Assembly (NCBI RefSeq): GCF_009914755.1
Contig: NC_060926.1
Direction: 5' to 3' (one strand)
From: the human T2T-CHM13v2.0 reference genome, Homo sapiens
DNA length: 64,000 nucleotides
This document shows, piece by piece, positions 31,931 to 46,090 of this stretch. Below the pieces are notes generated by a model. The model saw nothing but the letters and a program-made list of their open reading frames with translations, was not told the DNA's origin and made no database searches. The position numbers and the translations under genes were made by a program. The first letter of the stretch is position 1. Each line of letters starts with the position of its first letter.

Positions 31931-32914
31931 CTTCCTCCTCCTCCTTGGCCTCAGCCCTCTCTGCTAGGGCACCTGGCCTCTCCCCTGAGGCTCTTCCAGA
32001 CTCCCCTTCCCCAAATGCCAAGGGGGTGTCTCAATGTTCAGGCAGGCTGTGGTGTGTGCAGGGGTGTGGAAGAAGGAGGTTGGAATGGTCCAAGTGTCAA
32101 AGGCTTTCCCCGCTCTTTGAGATGAGGGCACAGTGTACATGACTTGGTGATGTGAAGAAAGCCTCAAGAAGTCCTCTATCCTGAGAGTGTCCCTAATTTC
32201 ACCAATGATGGTGCCTGAAATGTCCCCATTGTACCCCTGCCTTTGTGTTCAACACTGAGCCACCCACCCATGCACATTCAGGGAAGGGTAGAGTCAGCAT
32301 GAGGATGGGAAGTTGTAAGACCCCTTTCTCCTGGCAGGAAAAGGGAAAGAAGCTCTGCAGGAAGCTTGCTCCCCAACTTCCCAATCCAGCTGCCCGCCAG
32401 ATGGGTCGGGTCAGCTGCTCCAGCCATTCTAACGCGGTCAGGCCCTTTCCCCACACCAGGGGAGACCCAGTACTCAGTTTTCCCCCAGTTCCTTCCTGCC
32501 AAGGGCCCGGCTTCTGCCAATGCCTCCAGGACAGACACTGTGCAACTACTCAGGGGCAATGAGCAAGACACAGGCACTGGAATCCAGCAAAGGCACTCAA
32601 TTTACTGGGTCACCTACGGTTTAGAGACTTAGTGACTATCTGGTCTCAGCGGCCACCCCTGTAAGACAGGACTAATAACATGTGCCTCCCAGGGGCCAGG
32701 CTCAGGGTGGGGGCCGGGGGAAGGGTGAGCGAGGCTGGATAGCTGCTCCTCCAGCCTGCCTCCCCTGCACAGATCAATGCCCCTAGCTCAGGCTCCTGAG
32801 CTGCCACACTTCCCTCACCCACTCTGAGCTCCTGCAGCCAAGGACAACTCGTGCCTTGATCTGCTTCATCGCCGGACCAGGGTCAGGTGCTCCTGGAGCC
32901 ACAGGGCCCTAGAG

Positions 32915-33350
32915 TTCTTATAGGTCGTGCCTGCTGTCCTAGAGGCAGAGCCTGGGAGGGGACCCAGTGAATGTGGTTTATTGGGGAGTGTTCTCAGGAG
33001 CAGGGCAGTGAGGGAAGCGGGATGGGGCCAGCGAGAAACCAAGGCAAAGATGTGGCCTCTAGCTTCAGCTGGATCCCAAGGAGCTTGGGAGCACCATGGG
33101 ATTGGTCCGTCCCACCTGAAGGCAAAGGGGCCAGCTCTGCTACCCTGGGTCAGACATTGGTTTTGGGGAATGGGGATGAAGTTGGGGAATGGGCATCTGG
33201 GAGGGGATAATCTCCCAGCTGGTCAGACAGGACAATTCTTCAGAGAAGCAGGCAGCAGTGAGCCTCAGCAGCCAACTCTCCCATAGCAGCTGGGATCTGC
33301 ATCATGGGCTGGTGAAGGGACCTGGGCAGGCACCCACAGCAGTCACTGAT
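32915..33350. mobile_element. Old ERVL LTR (LTR33/LTR41-like)
   Basis: gaggcagagcctg...gtggtttattggggagtgttctcagg...gaaaccaaggcaaagatgtgg. Confidence 0.45.
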
Positions 33351-33661
33351 GTACCCCACTCAGAGTTGAGGGGACCCCAGTGGGCCAGCCAGGTGCCAGT
33401 CCACACACTCACCTGCAGTCCTGCCTGGGAAGGGCAAGGCCCTGTCTCCAGATGGGCAAATGGGGGCCCTGGGAACTGGGGGGATGCAGGAGCAGCTGAG
33501 CCGGGACCAGAGTCCAGGCCAAATGACTTCACATCCAGAGCAGGGTCTTCAACCTCCCCTGAAACCTCATGAAGCTGTGGGGAGTGCGTAAGTGGAGGTT
33601 TTGGGGGAGAAAGTCCAGGAGAGTCAGGGCAAGAACTAAGCAGGGTTTCTAGTCCTCACCT

Positions 33662-34025
33662 GGTTTTTCCCATGGACAAATCACTGCCCAGGTGGCTGTG
33701 ACAGGGATTCTGGGCTTGGGAAAGCCCAGGGAACCCCAGACAGGTTCCACACAGCCACCCACTATCCTCCCCTCTTGGGCTTGGTAAGGGGAGAGTGGCT
33801 GGCTGGGAGTCTGGGAGGAGAAGGTCCTGTCTCTCCTCATCTTGGAGGTGGGGCTGGGCACATCCAGAGTCACCCACCACAGGAGATTCAAGGGCCGAAC
33901 CCCACAAGCTGCCAGAACTCCACAAGCTGCCAGGTTTTTCCCATGGATAAATCACTGACCAGGTGGGTGTGAGAGAGATTCTGGGCTCAGGAAATGCCCA
34001 GGGAACCCGAGACAGGTTCCACACA
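33662..34025 (+). repeat. Spaced direct duplication of 92 bp (33662-33753 and 33933-34025) with adjacent 18-bp tandem
   Basis: 8 substitutions and 1 indel; gaac[c/t]ccacaagctgcca twice at 33897-33932. Confidence 0.9.
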
Positions 34026-35699
34026 CCTGGCCACCATTGACACATATGACACTTTTGTGTAAATTAGAAGAAGGCACCCTCACCAGGGAAGACAAACCAA
34101 CAAAAAAATTTCCCTTTATGCCGGTGAACTTCAGAAAGGGCCCTTTCTTCAGCGTGGGCCTGCCCTGGCCCTCCCCAGCCCCCACACCCTGCCAAGCCTT
34201 GGTTCTGCTAGGTCTGTCCCAACTCAGCCAGCCAGCACTGCCCCCCACCCATGCCCTACCCTGCCCTATGGGGACAACCCCACCATCCACCCTGGGCCGC
34301 CAGAAACTGAGACCTGTTTCCAGGGTGACAGAGGGAGCAGGAAAAGACTGGGATGTGTGCCTTAAGGCTCTGAAACCCTGAACTAGGGCAGAGATGGGGC
34401 AGCATCTCAATGAAGCCGCTGACAGATTCTAGGCCTCACGCCAGCTGCACACCAGACCTGGCAGGGGACCCAGGCTGTGCCAGGCTGACAGGGCTAGTGG
34501 AATCAGGGCTGGGGAGCACACGGAGGCCACCCAGCCACCCTGGCCACAGAGGTGCCCCAAAGGCAGCAGAGGCTGAGGGATGTGAGGGTCCTGGGAGACA
34601 GAAAGCCCGAGTCCTCACTTAATGCAGGGGCATCCTCTGAGCCCTGCCAGGGGCCAGTGGCAGCTGGAGAGGCATCCAACTCCATCCTGCCCCAAGGGGG
34701 CTGGGCATCTCCTTCCCTCCACCCAGCAGCCTGGTTGCTCACCTCAGCACGGCTGTGGGGACGGCCGAAGGCACTAGGGGAGGGGGTCCTCTACCGAGTG
34801 CAATCCCGCGGTCCTCGGTCCTGCCTGGCCATCAGTCACCCGGGCAGCGTCAGGCTCCCACTGGATTCCATCAGCCTGCAGTGGGGTCCAGCATCGTTTT
34901 TTGTTTTCTTTTTAAGGCTCTAGGAGATTCAACTCTGCAGCCAGACAGGTCAGGAACTACTGAACTGATCAATATTGTCCCTATCGGAATGTGCCTGCTG
35001 TCATCACCACAGTGAGTGTCATGGTGTGGATTCTGACTCAGGGCTCTCTCCGCCTCACACTCCCCACACACTCAACATGGCCTGAATACCTCCAGAAATG
35101 GGATTCCTGAGACTCCACCGGGGGATCAGGTGGCCAGGTGGTGCTGCGGCAAGCCTGCTTCACATACTTCCTCTCCCAGGTGAACTCCTGCTGCTCTCTC
35201 CCTGCAGCCAGCCCCCTCCTGCTTCCTGAGCAACCCCCGCGTGCCCAGATCCTCTCAATCCTCCCTGCTTTCTGTCTCCTGTGAGGGGATGGAGGGAGGG
35301 ATACGGTTCCAAATTCTATTCCTGCAGGTCAACAGCATCAGCATGGCTTTCCCAGCATGAAGTGGGTCGTTCTTCCAGGCCCACTGGGGGAATTGGAAGC
35401 CGCAGGGCAGACTCAGGGAATCACTGGAGATGGTGCAGTGACCTTTAAGTAGCGCTGCGGGACCACCAAGCTCCGGAACTCAGGCTACCCCCATGGACGC
35501 CCCCCCAGGTCACTGTTCTCTGCTTCTCAGGCTGGGGCAGTGGCTCCCCATTTCAAAGGTCCCTCTGCCCCAGGGGACTTTCAATCCCTTCCTCAGTGCC
35601 CACCCTGGTTTGAAAAGCTCTAATGAGGAGGCCACTGTGTTCACTGCAAAAGAGAACCCCTGGAGCTAGTGAAATCTGAGTCCTGGGCACAGCCTGGAT

Positions 35700-35860
35700 G
35701 CAAAGCTTTTCTGAGTTCTCACAACCTGCACGAACACATACGTGGGAAAGTGTCTTAGAGCACGTTCATTTTTCTCTGGCAAAACCTAATTAACACGCAA
35801 CGCCACCTTCCTCAGGAATCTGCTGCGTGCTATCATTGCAATTCCTAAGAAAGATTTAGT
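35700..35860. promoter_or_regulatory. Candidate RBPJ plus homeodomain enhancer
   Basis: TTCTCACA 35716-35723, CGTGGGAA 35741-35748, TAATTA 35787-35792; local CpG retention. Confidence 0.4.
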
Positions 35861-36349
35861 GAAAATTCTCTGGCTTTCCACGGCAGGCCTTGCTCATATT
35901 GTGAGTGTGTTTCTTACTCTCTGGACTCATGTCAGCAAGAAAATCAATGTCTTCCCAAGAGATGTGTGGATGATAAGGCTTCTGTTTCCCAGTAAAGTTT
36001 ATGAACTAAAGCTCCCCCAACACACCCACCAGTGCACCACCCTCTATGGCGGGGGTCCACCTCCGCTTCACCACTCTCTCTTTTTCCCCAACAGCCCAGC
36101 CAAAAGGAAGTCAGAATTATAGCAGTGCAGGGAAGGACCAGGGGGCAGAGCCAGAAGTGTCATGGGAGTGAGCAAGACTGGCCTAATGGGCAAAGCCTGA
36201 CACCAGCAGGAAGAGTGATAGTCCGGGGAGGTAGGCTGGTGGCACCTGGGAAGTCTGGGGCCTCAAATGGCCAGGTAGGGATCATCTCAAATGATGGAGG
36301 CCCCAGGGAGTCAGCACCCCAGAACCCAAGAGGGCTGGGGCCTTGGCTT

Positions 36350-36560
36350 GGCAGAATAATTGTACACATGCCCGGTGCTTTTCTACGTGCTTTATGTTGC
36401 TTAGTTCATTTAATCTTCCCAACAATTCTGTACTACTTTCACCCCCATTTTACAGACACGGTAACTGAGGCACAGAGAGACTACGTTGCTTCCTTAGAGT
36501 CATACAATTGATATGTGAGAGTCAGGATTTGAGCCCAGGTAGTGTGGCTCGGTGCCCACC
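36350..36560 (-). mobile_element. MIR
   Basis: tcatttaatctt...ccccattttacagacacggtaactgaggcacagaga...caggatttgagcccagg. Confidence 0.75.
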
Positions 36561-36664
36561 CACTAAACCACCACACCACAACCCACATCACAACTCAAGC
36601 ACACGGCGGAGAGGAGGAAGAGGAGGAGGTGGAGCAATAGTAACAGTCCTGGACCCAGTTAGCA

Positions 36665-37520
<856 letters not shown>

Positions 37521-38922
37521 CGTGGGATCCAGAGGAAGGGCTGGATTCCAGGTATGAGGGCAAAGTGGCTGTTTGATCTTGCTCAAAGGTAGACTAAAGG
37601 GAAGATAAATTGACTGTAACACTCACCAAGTCCCCAGCATGTACCAGGTGTTGGCCCTCATGGGCATTATCTCAACTTACCTTTGCAACAACCCTCTGAC
37701 ACAGATTTTTCACCACTCTTTGTAGATGAGTACTCTGAGGCTCAGAGAGGGTGTAAGCCTTATCCAAGGTCACATGCTGGTGAGTGGCCAGCTTTTCCAA
37801 TTCCAGAGTTGACCCTTTAACTCCTCTGATGGGTTGCCTCCAGATAAGGAGCAGGGCTGGCCCCAGAGATGTGGCAAGGTGGGTCAGGATAAGGTAGGAG
37901 AGCAAAGAGCCAGGCTGTCACTCCCCATCCACTCACCTCCTCCTCCAGAAGCCCTCCCAGGCAGGGAAGGGTCCCAAGACACCCTGTCCCAAGGACCCTT
38001 TCCCTCTGACACCTCCTCAGTCTGGGATGTGCACCGAGCTTCCCCTCCGCCCTGTCTCCCAAGCTGTATTTCTCACCCCTGAGCAGTTCCCCAAATCCTC
38101 CCTTGTACTTCCTTGAAACCTTCCCAGGGCATTCTCCCAATTCCACCTGTCTTAGCCATAAGCTGTGAATAATTACCAATGTAAGGCTTTCAATTTTCGA
38201 TATAAAATTTTTACTTCAGAAAAGTTTTAAAGAAAAATGGCAAAGATAATACAGAGAGTTCCCATATTCTCCACACCCAATTTCCCCTATTATCATCATC
38301 TTACATTTAGTACGGTACATTTGCCACAATTAATAAACTGCTATTGATATCAGCCCTACAAGATTAACATTATTATTAAACTATGTTCATACTTTATTCA
38401 GATTTCCTTAGTTGTTTTTTTTTTTAACCTAATATCCTTTTTCTGTTCTAGGATGCAGCATTACATTTGGCCATCATGTCTTCTTAGGTCTCCCTTGGCT
38501 GTGACAGTTTCTCAGACTTTTCTTGTTTTTGATGATCTTGATGATTTCAAGGAGTATTGGTCAGGTATTTTGTAGAATGTTCCTCAGCTGGGATTTGTCT
38601 GATGTTTTAGGTTATGGGTTTGAGGGAGCAAGACCTCAAAGGTGAAGTGCCACTTTCATTACATCCTATCAAGAGTATATGCCACCACCATGACCTGTCA
38701 CTGTCGATGTCAACTGCGTTCACAGTTAACAGAAGTAGTGTTTGTCAGGTTTCTCCACTATGAAGTTATTCTTTCTTCCCCTTTCCGTGTATACTGTTTG
38801 GAGGTAAGTTGCTATGTGGAGCCCACATTTAAGGAGCAGGGAGCTATGCTCATCCTTGAGTATCTGTGAATATCATCTGCAATTCTGTATTTTTGTATCT
38901 TCTCCCCCTTTTCTCTATGTAG

Positions 38923-39238
<316 letters not shown>

Positions 39239-39700
39239 GGATATTTCTCTTCTACTTTGGGTAATTATCCAATACTACTGTATTTATTTTATTGCTCACT
39301 TTGTTCCAGCTTTAGCCACTGGAGCTCTACCAGTTGTCTCCTGTGTCCCTTTGACATACTCCCATCATTTCTTCCTCAGATCTTCCTTACTTTCTGGCAC
39401 TACAAGATGTTCCAGGTTCATCTTGTACATTTCCTGTTCCAATCCTAGAATCAGCCATTTTTACAAGAAGCCCTGGTTTTTGTGGGGGTTTTTAAAATTG
39501 GAGAATGATATTAGAAGCCAAAATCTGAGCACTAAGTGTGCTCACAGCTACTGGGCTGTCATTACTTCTAGGCCCTCTTAGCTGACAGAGCATAGAAATA
39601 CATGTGTATCTACTAACCTGTATGTATATCACAACAGATATACACAAACATATAAATATTCCTATATGTCACTATCTGTATCTATATTAAACTTGATTTC

Positions 39701-41381
39701 TTTTTTTTTTTTTTTTACTTTTTTTTTTTTTTATTGATCATTCTTGGGTGTTTCTCACAGAGGGGGACTTGGCAGGGTCATAGGACAATAGTGGAGGGAA
39801 TGTCAGCAGATAAACAAGTGAACAAAGGTCTCTGGTTTTCCTAGGCAGAGGACCCTGCGGCCTTCCACAGTGTTTGTGTCCCTGGGTACTTGAGATTAGG
39901 GAGTGGTGATGACTCTTAACGAGCATGCTGCCTTCAAGCATCTGTTTAACAAAGCACGTCTTGCACCGCCCTTAATCCATTTAACTCTGAGTGGACACAG
40001 CACATGTTTCAGAGAGCACAGGGTTGGGGGTAAGGTCACAGATCAACAGGATCCCAAGGCAGAAGAATTTTTCTTAGTACAGAACAAAATGAAAAGTCTC
40101 CCATGTCTACTCCTTTCCACACAGACACGGCAACCATCCGATTTCTCAATCTTTTCCCCACCTTTCCCCGCTTTCTATTCCACAAAACCACCATTGTCAT
40201 CATGGCCCGTTCTCAATGGGCTGTTGGGCACACCTCCCAGACGGGGTGGTGGCCGGGCAGAGGGGCTCCTCACTTCCCAGTAGGGGCGGCCGGGCAGAGG
40301 CGCCCCTCACCTCCCGGACGGGGCGGCTGGCCGGGCGGGGGGCTGACCCCCCCACCTCCCTCCCGGACGGGGCGGCTGGCCTGGCGGGGGCTGACCCCCA
40401 CCTCCCTCCCGGACGGGGCGGCTGCCGGGCGGAGATGCTCCTCACTTCCCAGACGGGGCGGCTGCCGGGCGGAGGGGCTCCTCACTTCTCAGATGGGGCG
40501 GCTGCCGGGCGGAGGGTCTCCTCCCTTCTCAGACGAGGCAGCTGGGCAGAGACGCTCCTCACCTCCCAGACGGGGTCGCGGCCGGGCAGAGGCGCTCCTC
40601 ACATCCCAGACGGGGCGGCGGAGCAAAGGCGCTCCCCACATCTCAGACGATGGGCGGCCGGGCAGAGACGCTCCTCACTTCCTAGATGGGATGGCGGCCA
40701 GGAAGAGGCGCTCCTCACTTCCTAGGTGGGATGGCGGCGGGGCAGAGACGCTCCTCACTTTCCAGACTGGGCAGCCAGGCAGAGGGGCTCCTCACATCCC
40801 AGACGATGGGCGGCCAGGCAGAGACGCTCCTCACTTCCTAGACGGGGTGGGCAGAGGCTGCACTCTGGGCACTTTGGGAGGCCAAGGCAGGCGGCTGGGA
40901 GGTGGAGGTTGTAGCGAGCCGAGATCACGCCACTGCACTCCAGCCTGGGCACCATTGAGCACTGAGTGAACCAGACACCGTCTGCAATCCCGGCACCTCC
41001 GGAGGCCGAGGCTGGCGGATCACTCGCGGTTAGGAGCTGGAGACCAGCCTGGCCAACACAGCGAAACCCCGTCTCCACCAAAAAAATACGAAAACCAGTC
41101 AGGCGTGGCGGCGCGCGCCTGCAATCGCAGGCACTCAGCAGGCTGAGGCAGGAGAATCAGGCAGGGAGGTTGCAGTGAGCCGAGATGGCAGCAGTACAGT
41201 CCAGCTTTGGCTCGGCATCAGAGGGAGACCGTGGAAAGAGGGAGAGGGAGACCGTAGGGAGAGGGAGAGGGGGAGGGGGAGGGGGAGGGAGAGGGAGAGG
41301 GAGAGGGAGAGGGAGAGGGAGAGGTACCTTTTTTTTTTTGAGACGGAGTTCCGCTCTTGTTGCCCTGGATGGAGTGCAATC
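39701..41381 (-). mobile_element. Full-length SVA retrotransposon (SVA_D-like) with 5' Alu-derived extension
   Basis: Poly-A tail (39701-39732 as T), SINE-R (~39733-40240), GC-rich VNTR (~40240-40850), Alu-like domain (~40860-41235), CCCTCT hexamers (~41240-41324); 13-bp TSD taaac[t/c]tgatttc at 39688-39700 and 41382-41394. Confidence 0.97.
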
Positions 41382-41999
41382 TAAACCTGATTTCATACTA
41401 ATATTACAACTCTAATAAATTATCACAAGGATCATTCTAGCCTTCTCCCCTTGCCTGTCTGTAACCTTCCACTCCCACAGTGAGAAACCTGTCTGTTACC
41501 ATCCACTATCCATTGACTTACTCATTCAGTTCCAATACACATGTATAGTGGTACTGGAATTGTTAACCACACTCCATGAGAAGCTACTTTATCAACTAGA
41601 GTATAGTGCTTAGGCACAGTTTCTTTAGTCTTTAGTCTTATAGACTCCACTCATTTCCAAAGTTGCTTAGATCAAAAACTCCCACCCCTCCCCCACTTCA
41701 GTGAAGTTGTTTTACATGTTTTTAATCCAGTTAAATAGTTTTGTCACATTTTGCATTCCATCTTCGTATCCTCTGATCTCCTAAATGATTCTTTTATTTT
41801 GTGTAAAAATATACTCTTTGTGCTATACATTTCTACAGGTCTTGACAAGTACATAGTGTCAGGTATCCACCTGCAATATCATACAGAATAATTTCACCCA
41901 CCTAAGAAAACCCCTGTGCTTCACCTATTCAACCATACCCCAACCCTCAAGAACCCTTCCATTTTAAGCATATTTAAAAGGTTTTTCAAAGCCTATTTG

Positions 42000-42110
42000 A
42001 TGCACATTATCTCATTTAATTTACAAAGCAACCCTGTGTGTTAGGAAGAGCAGAAAACATCATTCCCACTCTATAGAGAAGGAGACTGAGGCTTAGAAGT
42101 ATTAACAGGC
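42000..42110 (-). mobile_element. MIR fragment
   Basis: cattatctcatttaat...caaccctgtg...ggagactgaggcttagaag. Confidence 0.65.
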
Positions 42111-42279
42111 CTGCCTTTGGCCACATGGTTAGTATGTGCAGACTTTAGACTGGCCCTGCTGCTTTATTCCTGCTCTGCTCAGGCCAGGAGTGGTTCCCGA
42201 ACCCAAGACATAGAGAGAAGGGGGGATTGGGTTTGCAATCAGGCAGATAACAAGGCCGTAATGAAAACAAGCCTTGGGC

Positions 42280-42420
42280 TGACAGAGGGACATCTGAACT
42301 CTAGTTCTGGTTCTGCCACCCATTCACTGGGCAGCCTTGAATAAGTCACTTTCCTTGGCTGGGCCTCAGTTTTCTCCTATATAAAGTGAGAGATGAGATG
42401 ACCCTCGAGGTCCCATCCAA
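42280..42420 (+). mobile_element. MIR fragment
   Basis: ctagttctggttctgccac...ccttgaataagtcactt...gggcctcagttttctc. Confidence 0.7.
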
Positions 42421-42689
42421 GTCTCGCAGGCTATGTCTGGCCTTTGGCATGAAGATGACTACAGTCAACAGCGAGGCTTGACAGGCAGGCAGGGGAGATG
42501 GCTGGAGCAGTAAGGTTCAAGTCCACCACAGAGGAGCAGGCCCACATAAGGCCAGTGATGAGTGGCACTGGGGTCACCATTGGTGTGCCTAGGGTGGCAG
42601 CTCCCAAGGCTACTCCAGGCCCCACTTCCAGCAAGCTCTCTAGGTGATGAAACCACAAATGCTTTTATATCCCCTTCCATGGTTTATGA

Positions 42690-42890
42690 CAGTGTTTCTG
42701 AAACTGTAGTTCAAGACCCAGTGCATTATGATCTGTGATTTTTTAAAAAATAGAAAGAAACAGAACAGGATAGACTAGATCAATGCATTCAACAGAATAT
42801 AACAGATAAGTATAAACTTTTGTTTCGATTATATGTGTGAGTAATAGGTCAAAATTTTACATGTATTGGTCAAACAAGATGTGATCACTG
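42690..42890. mobile_element. Non-autonomous hAT-Charlie-type DNA transposon relic
   Basis: cagtg...cactg terminal pattern around an AT-rich core. Confidence 0.45.
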
Positions 42891-44124
42891 GCTGACAGAA
42901 TACATTTTACATCTCAGTCTCATCTATCCTTACTGTAACCCTGTGAAGAGGGACAATTATTAGTACCATTCCTATTCTCCAAGTATGGAAAGTGAGGCCC
43001 AGAGAGGGCAAATGGTGCGCTTATGGCCCCCAGTTAGTGAGGGGCAGGGCCATGAGGAACACACCGTCTCCCGGACCTAGCTGGGGATTTCTTCCTTTAG
43101 CCCCACACAGAATTGTGGCACTTGTCTGCTTCTCAAAGTCCCAAGGGGAAAAGGTCCAGGTGTGAAGGTGTCTGGGCCCATAAACCTGGCCAGCCCCACC
43201 TTGGCTTGGCAGGATGAGGGGTCACATAAGCTCAGTGGTAGTTCAGCCAGGACCAGGTTCTGCCAGGTAGGGCACTGAGGGCAGGGGAGCCAGCTGGCGG
43301 GAGAGGTTGAGGAAGGTCACACGGGCCTGCTCCATCCTCCCATATGCCACACACAAACCACGTATACCCAACACACTCGTGATGGCGCCCGCTGGCTGGC
43401 TCTCAAACTCCCTCAGTGCCCTAAATCTCAGCCCCAGCACCTCTGGGTCTTACGGTGTTTCCTTTAGTCCCGCCTCGGCTACGCCCCAGGTTCTCTTGCT
43501 TTGTCCAAAGCCAACATGACCCCACCAGAGTGTTTTTGTTTGTGGTTTTTTTTTTGCCCTTTTCTGTCTTTCTTGCCCCCCTGATTTGGACACCCACAAC
43601 ACCACTGGGTTGTTTTGTGATTTATGAGCTCAGAAAACTCACTAATCCTTCTCCCTCAATTACCTTGATGTAAAGAAGTCCTCACTTTCTCTGCAGACAG
43701 GAGGGCTGTACTTCTCCCTGGGACACAGACCACCAGGCCCTGGTCAGGACCCCTCCCATGTGGCTGTGTGGTTTATTTGTGGCTCAAAGGTCATCATTGT
43801 CAGAAAACCCCTGACAGTGATGAGAAAAAGGGAAGCAAAATGAGGGACAGGAGGAGTTTTCCTGCAGCACAAGTCTTTCAGCCAACCTCTTCCCGGCCAT
43901 TGCCCCTCAGTGAGCTGGGGGCCACCACCGGGCCTCAGTGGGTCTCGGCGTCTCCCAGCGACTGGGACCTGAGGACAGAAGGAAGAGCCACCTGGCAGCT
44001 TTGGTGGGAACTTGCCTGCAGACCCAGCCACTGCCCTGGAGGGAGGACACCCTGACATTACTCAGGTCTTGCTCCAGTGTCACCAACCCAGATAGGCCAC
44101 CTCTGACCCCGTTCCAGCTCCTGA

Positions 44125-44690
<566 letters not shown>

Positions 44691-45329
44691 CAAAAAGACC
44701 CATTCTGTGGCCTGTCCAGCACCCTTTAGACACATATTCACAGTGAATTGTAGAAAAGCAGTTGTCTGGACTCTATGGTGGCTGGTCTGGAACTAGTCAA
44801 GCACAAACCAGACTCTCTCCTTGGCTGTCCCCAAGGCTGAGATTACTTCAGAGTGGCTCCCGTTTCTGACCTGGCCACAGCACACCAGCAGGAGCTGCTG
44901 CAGGAGCCCTCCCCGCCCCCTCCCCCAACACCTGGGCCAGCACCGGACATCTTGAGGCACTTCTCTGTTTTGGAGCTTTCCCCAAAACCATTTAGGAGGC
45001 ATGGCCCGGCCCCAGAGCTTCCTTGGTTTCCTTAGAAGGGGCCAGGACCCTGGGGTCCCCAGCGGGGAGAGAACGGAGGCCCGAGGCTGCTGGGCTGGGG
45101 AAGCTGATGCTCAGCTTAAGCTGGGACCCCACGTGGAGCCAGTGAGGGGCAGGCTGAACCCCCGCCATGGGAGAGGCCCAGGGGACAGAGACACAGAGGC
45201 AGAAGGCCTCGGGGCAGAGGGGCAGAGAGAATGGGACAGACAGATAACAGAACGCCGGGGAGAGACAGAGATAAAAACACAGAGAGGGAGAAAGATGGGG
45301 AGACACAGAGAGGGAGACCAAAAGAGAAA

Positions 45330-45800
45330 CAGCCGGCGGGTGGAAGGCCCGGAGACCGACAGACAGAGGTAGAGGACAAGGGAACGGCAGAAGACGCAGC
45401 GAAGGGTGGCCACGGCAGCAGCACGGCGCAGGGCGCAGCTGAATCGCCGCTCTGTTCCCGGCGCGCACTGAGGGGCTTTCTTCGCGGCCGTGGGAAAGTG
45501 GTGGGCGAGCGCGCGCCCCGGTCGCCGTGTGGACCGTAATTAGCCGGATTAGGGCGGGAGCTGCGCGGGCCGGGCAGGCCTGGCCAGAGAACAAAAGGCC
45601 CCTCTTTGTCCGCGCAAACGGCGGGGTCGCGAGGTCACCGGGCAGGGTCCCCCAGGAGCGGGCGAGGGGACGCGCGCCTGGAGAATGGGGCCTCTGTGCA
45701 CCTGGAGGGGGCCGGCGGGGGCCGCCCGTGGGCCTGGGACTCCAGGGGGGCCGCAGCCCCGCTTCAGGGTGCAGACTTAGGGCCTCTGGCGGAGAGCAGG
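45330..45800. promoter_or_regulatory. CpG island (orphan promoter or enhancer)
   Basis: Dense non-repeat CpGs (gcgagcgcgcgccccggtcgccg), very high GC, GC-box gggcgg, RBPJ, homeodomain, SOX and DR2-like motifs; GA-rich tract 45180-45380 upstream. Confidence 0.8.
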
Positions 45801-45894
45801 GAGGGAGAAGAGGAACAGAAGCCGAGAATGGAGGCCAGAGAAGGAGAGACACCAAAGGGGCAGGAAGCTGGCCCGTTCTTACTAGTAATGGTAC

Positions 45895-46090
45895 CTGTGA
45901 CATGGACAACATTTATTGAGCGCTTGCTGTGTACCGGCTCCACGCCCAGCCTGGGAGACATACATCATCTCATGTAATCCTCATAACTACCTCCTAAATC
46001 AGATACTGTCATATCCGAGTTTATCCGAGTTTTACAGATAAGAGAGGTGAGGTGCAAGGATTGTGGTTTGCCTGAGGTCACACAGTCAGA
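45895..46090 (-). mobile_element. MIR
   Basis: aacatttattgagcgcttgctgtgtacc...catctcatgtaatcctcataac...ttttacagataagaga. Confidence 0.75.

Noticed and set aside
31892-31945. Peptide MNGNMNGSLKHAALPPPP as a coding exon start
   Set aside because: No recognisable homologue or splice context; better explained as motif-rich non-coding DNA.
35716-35772. Notch sequence-paired site (SPS)
   Set aside because: The two RBPJ sites are in the opposite arrangement to a canonical SPS, and the position 16 bp downstream of CGTGGGAA (ttcatttt) is a poor match.
40240-40850. Regularly spaced repeats resembling a CRISPR array
   Set aside because: This is the SVA VNTR; there are no unique spacers or cas genes, and the DNA is primate.
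40103-40969. 288-aa ORF
   Set aside because: Antisense read-through of the SVA SINE-R, VNTR and Alu-like domains.
44992-45912. 306-aa minus-strand ORF
   Set aside because: Stop-poor frame across the CpG island and GA-rich tract; low-complexity product with no domain.
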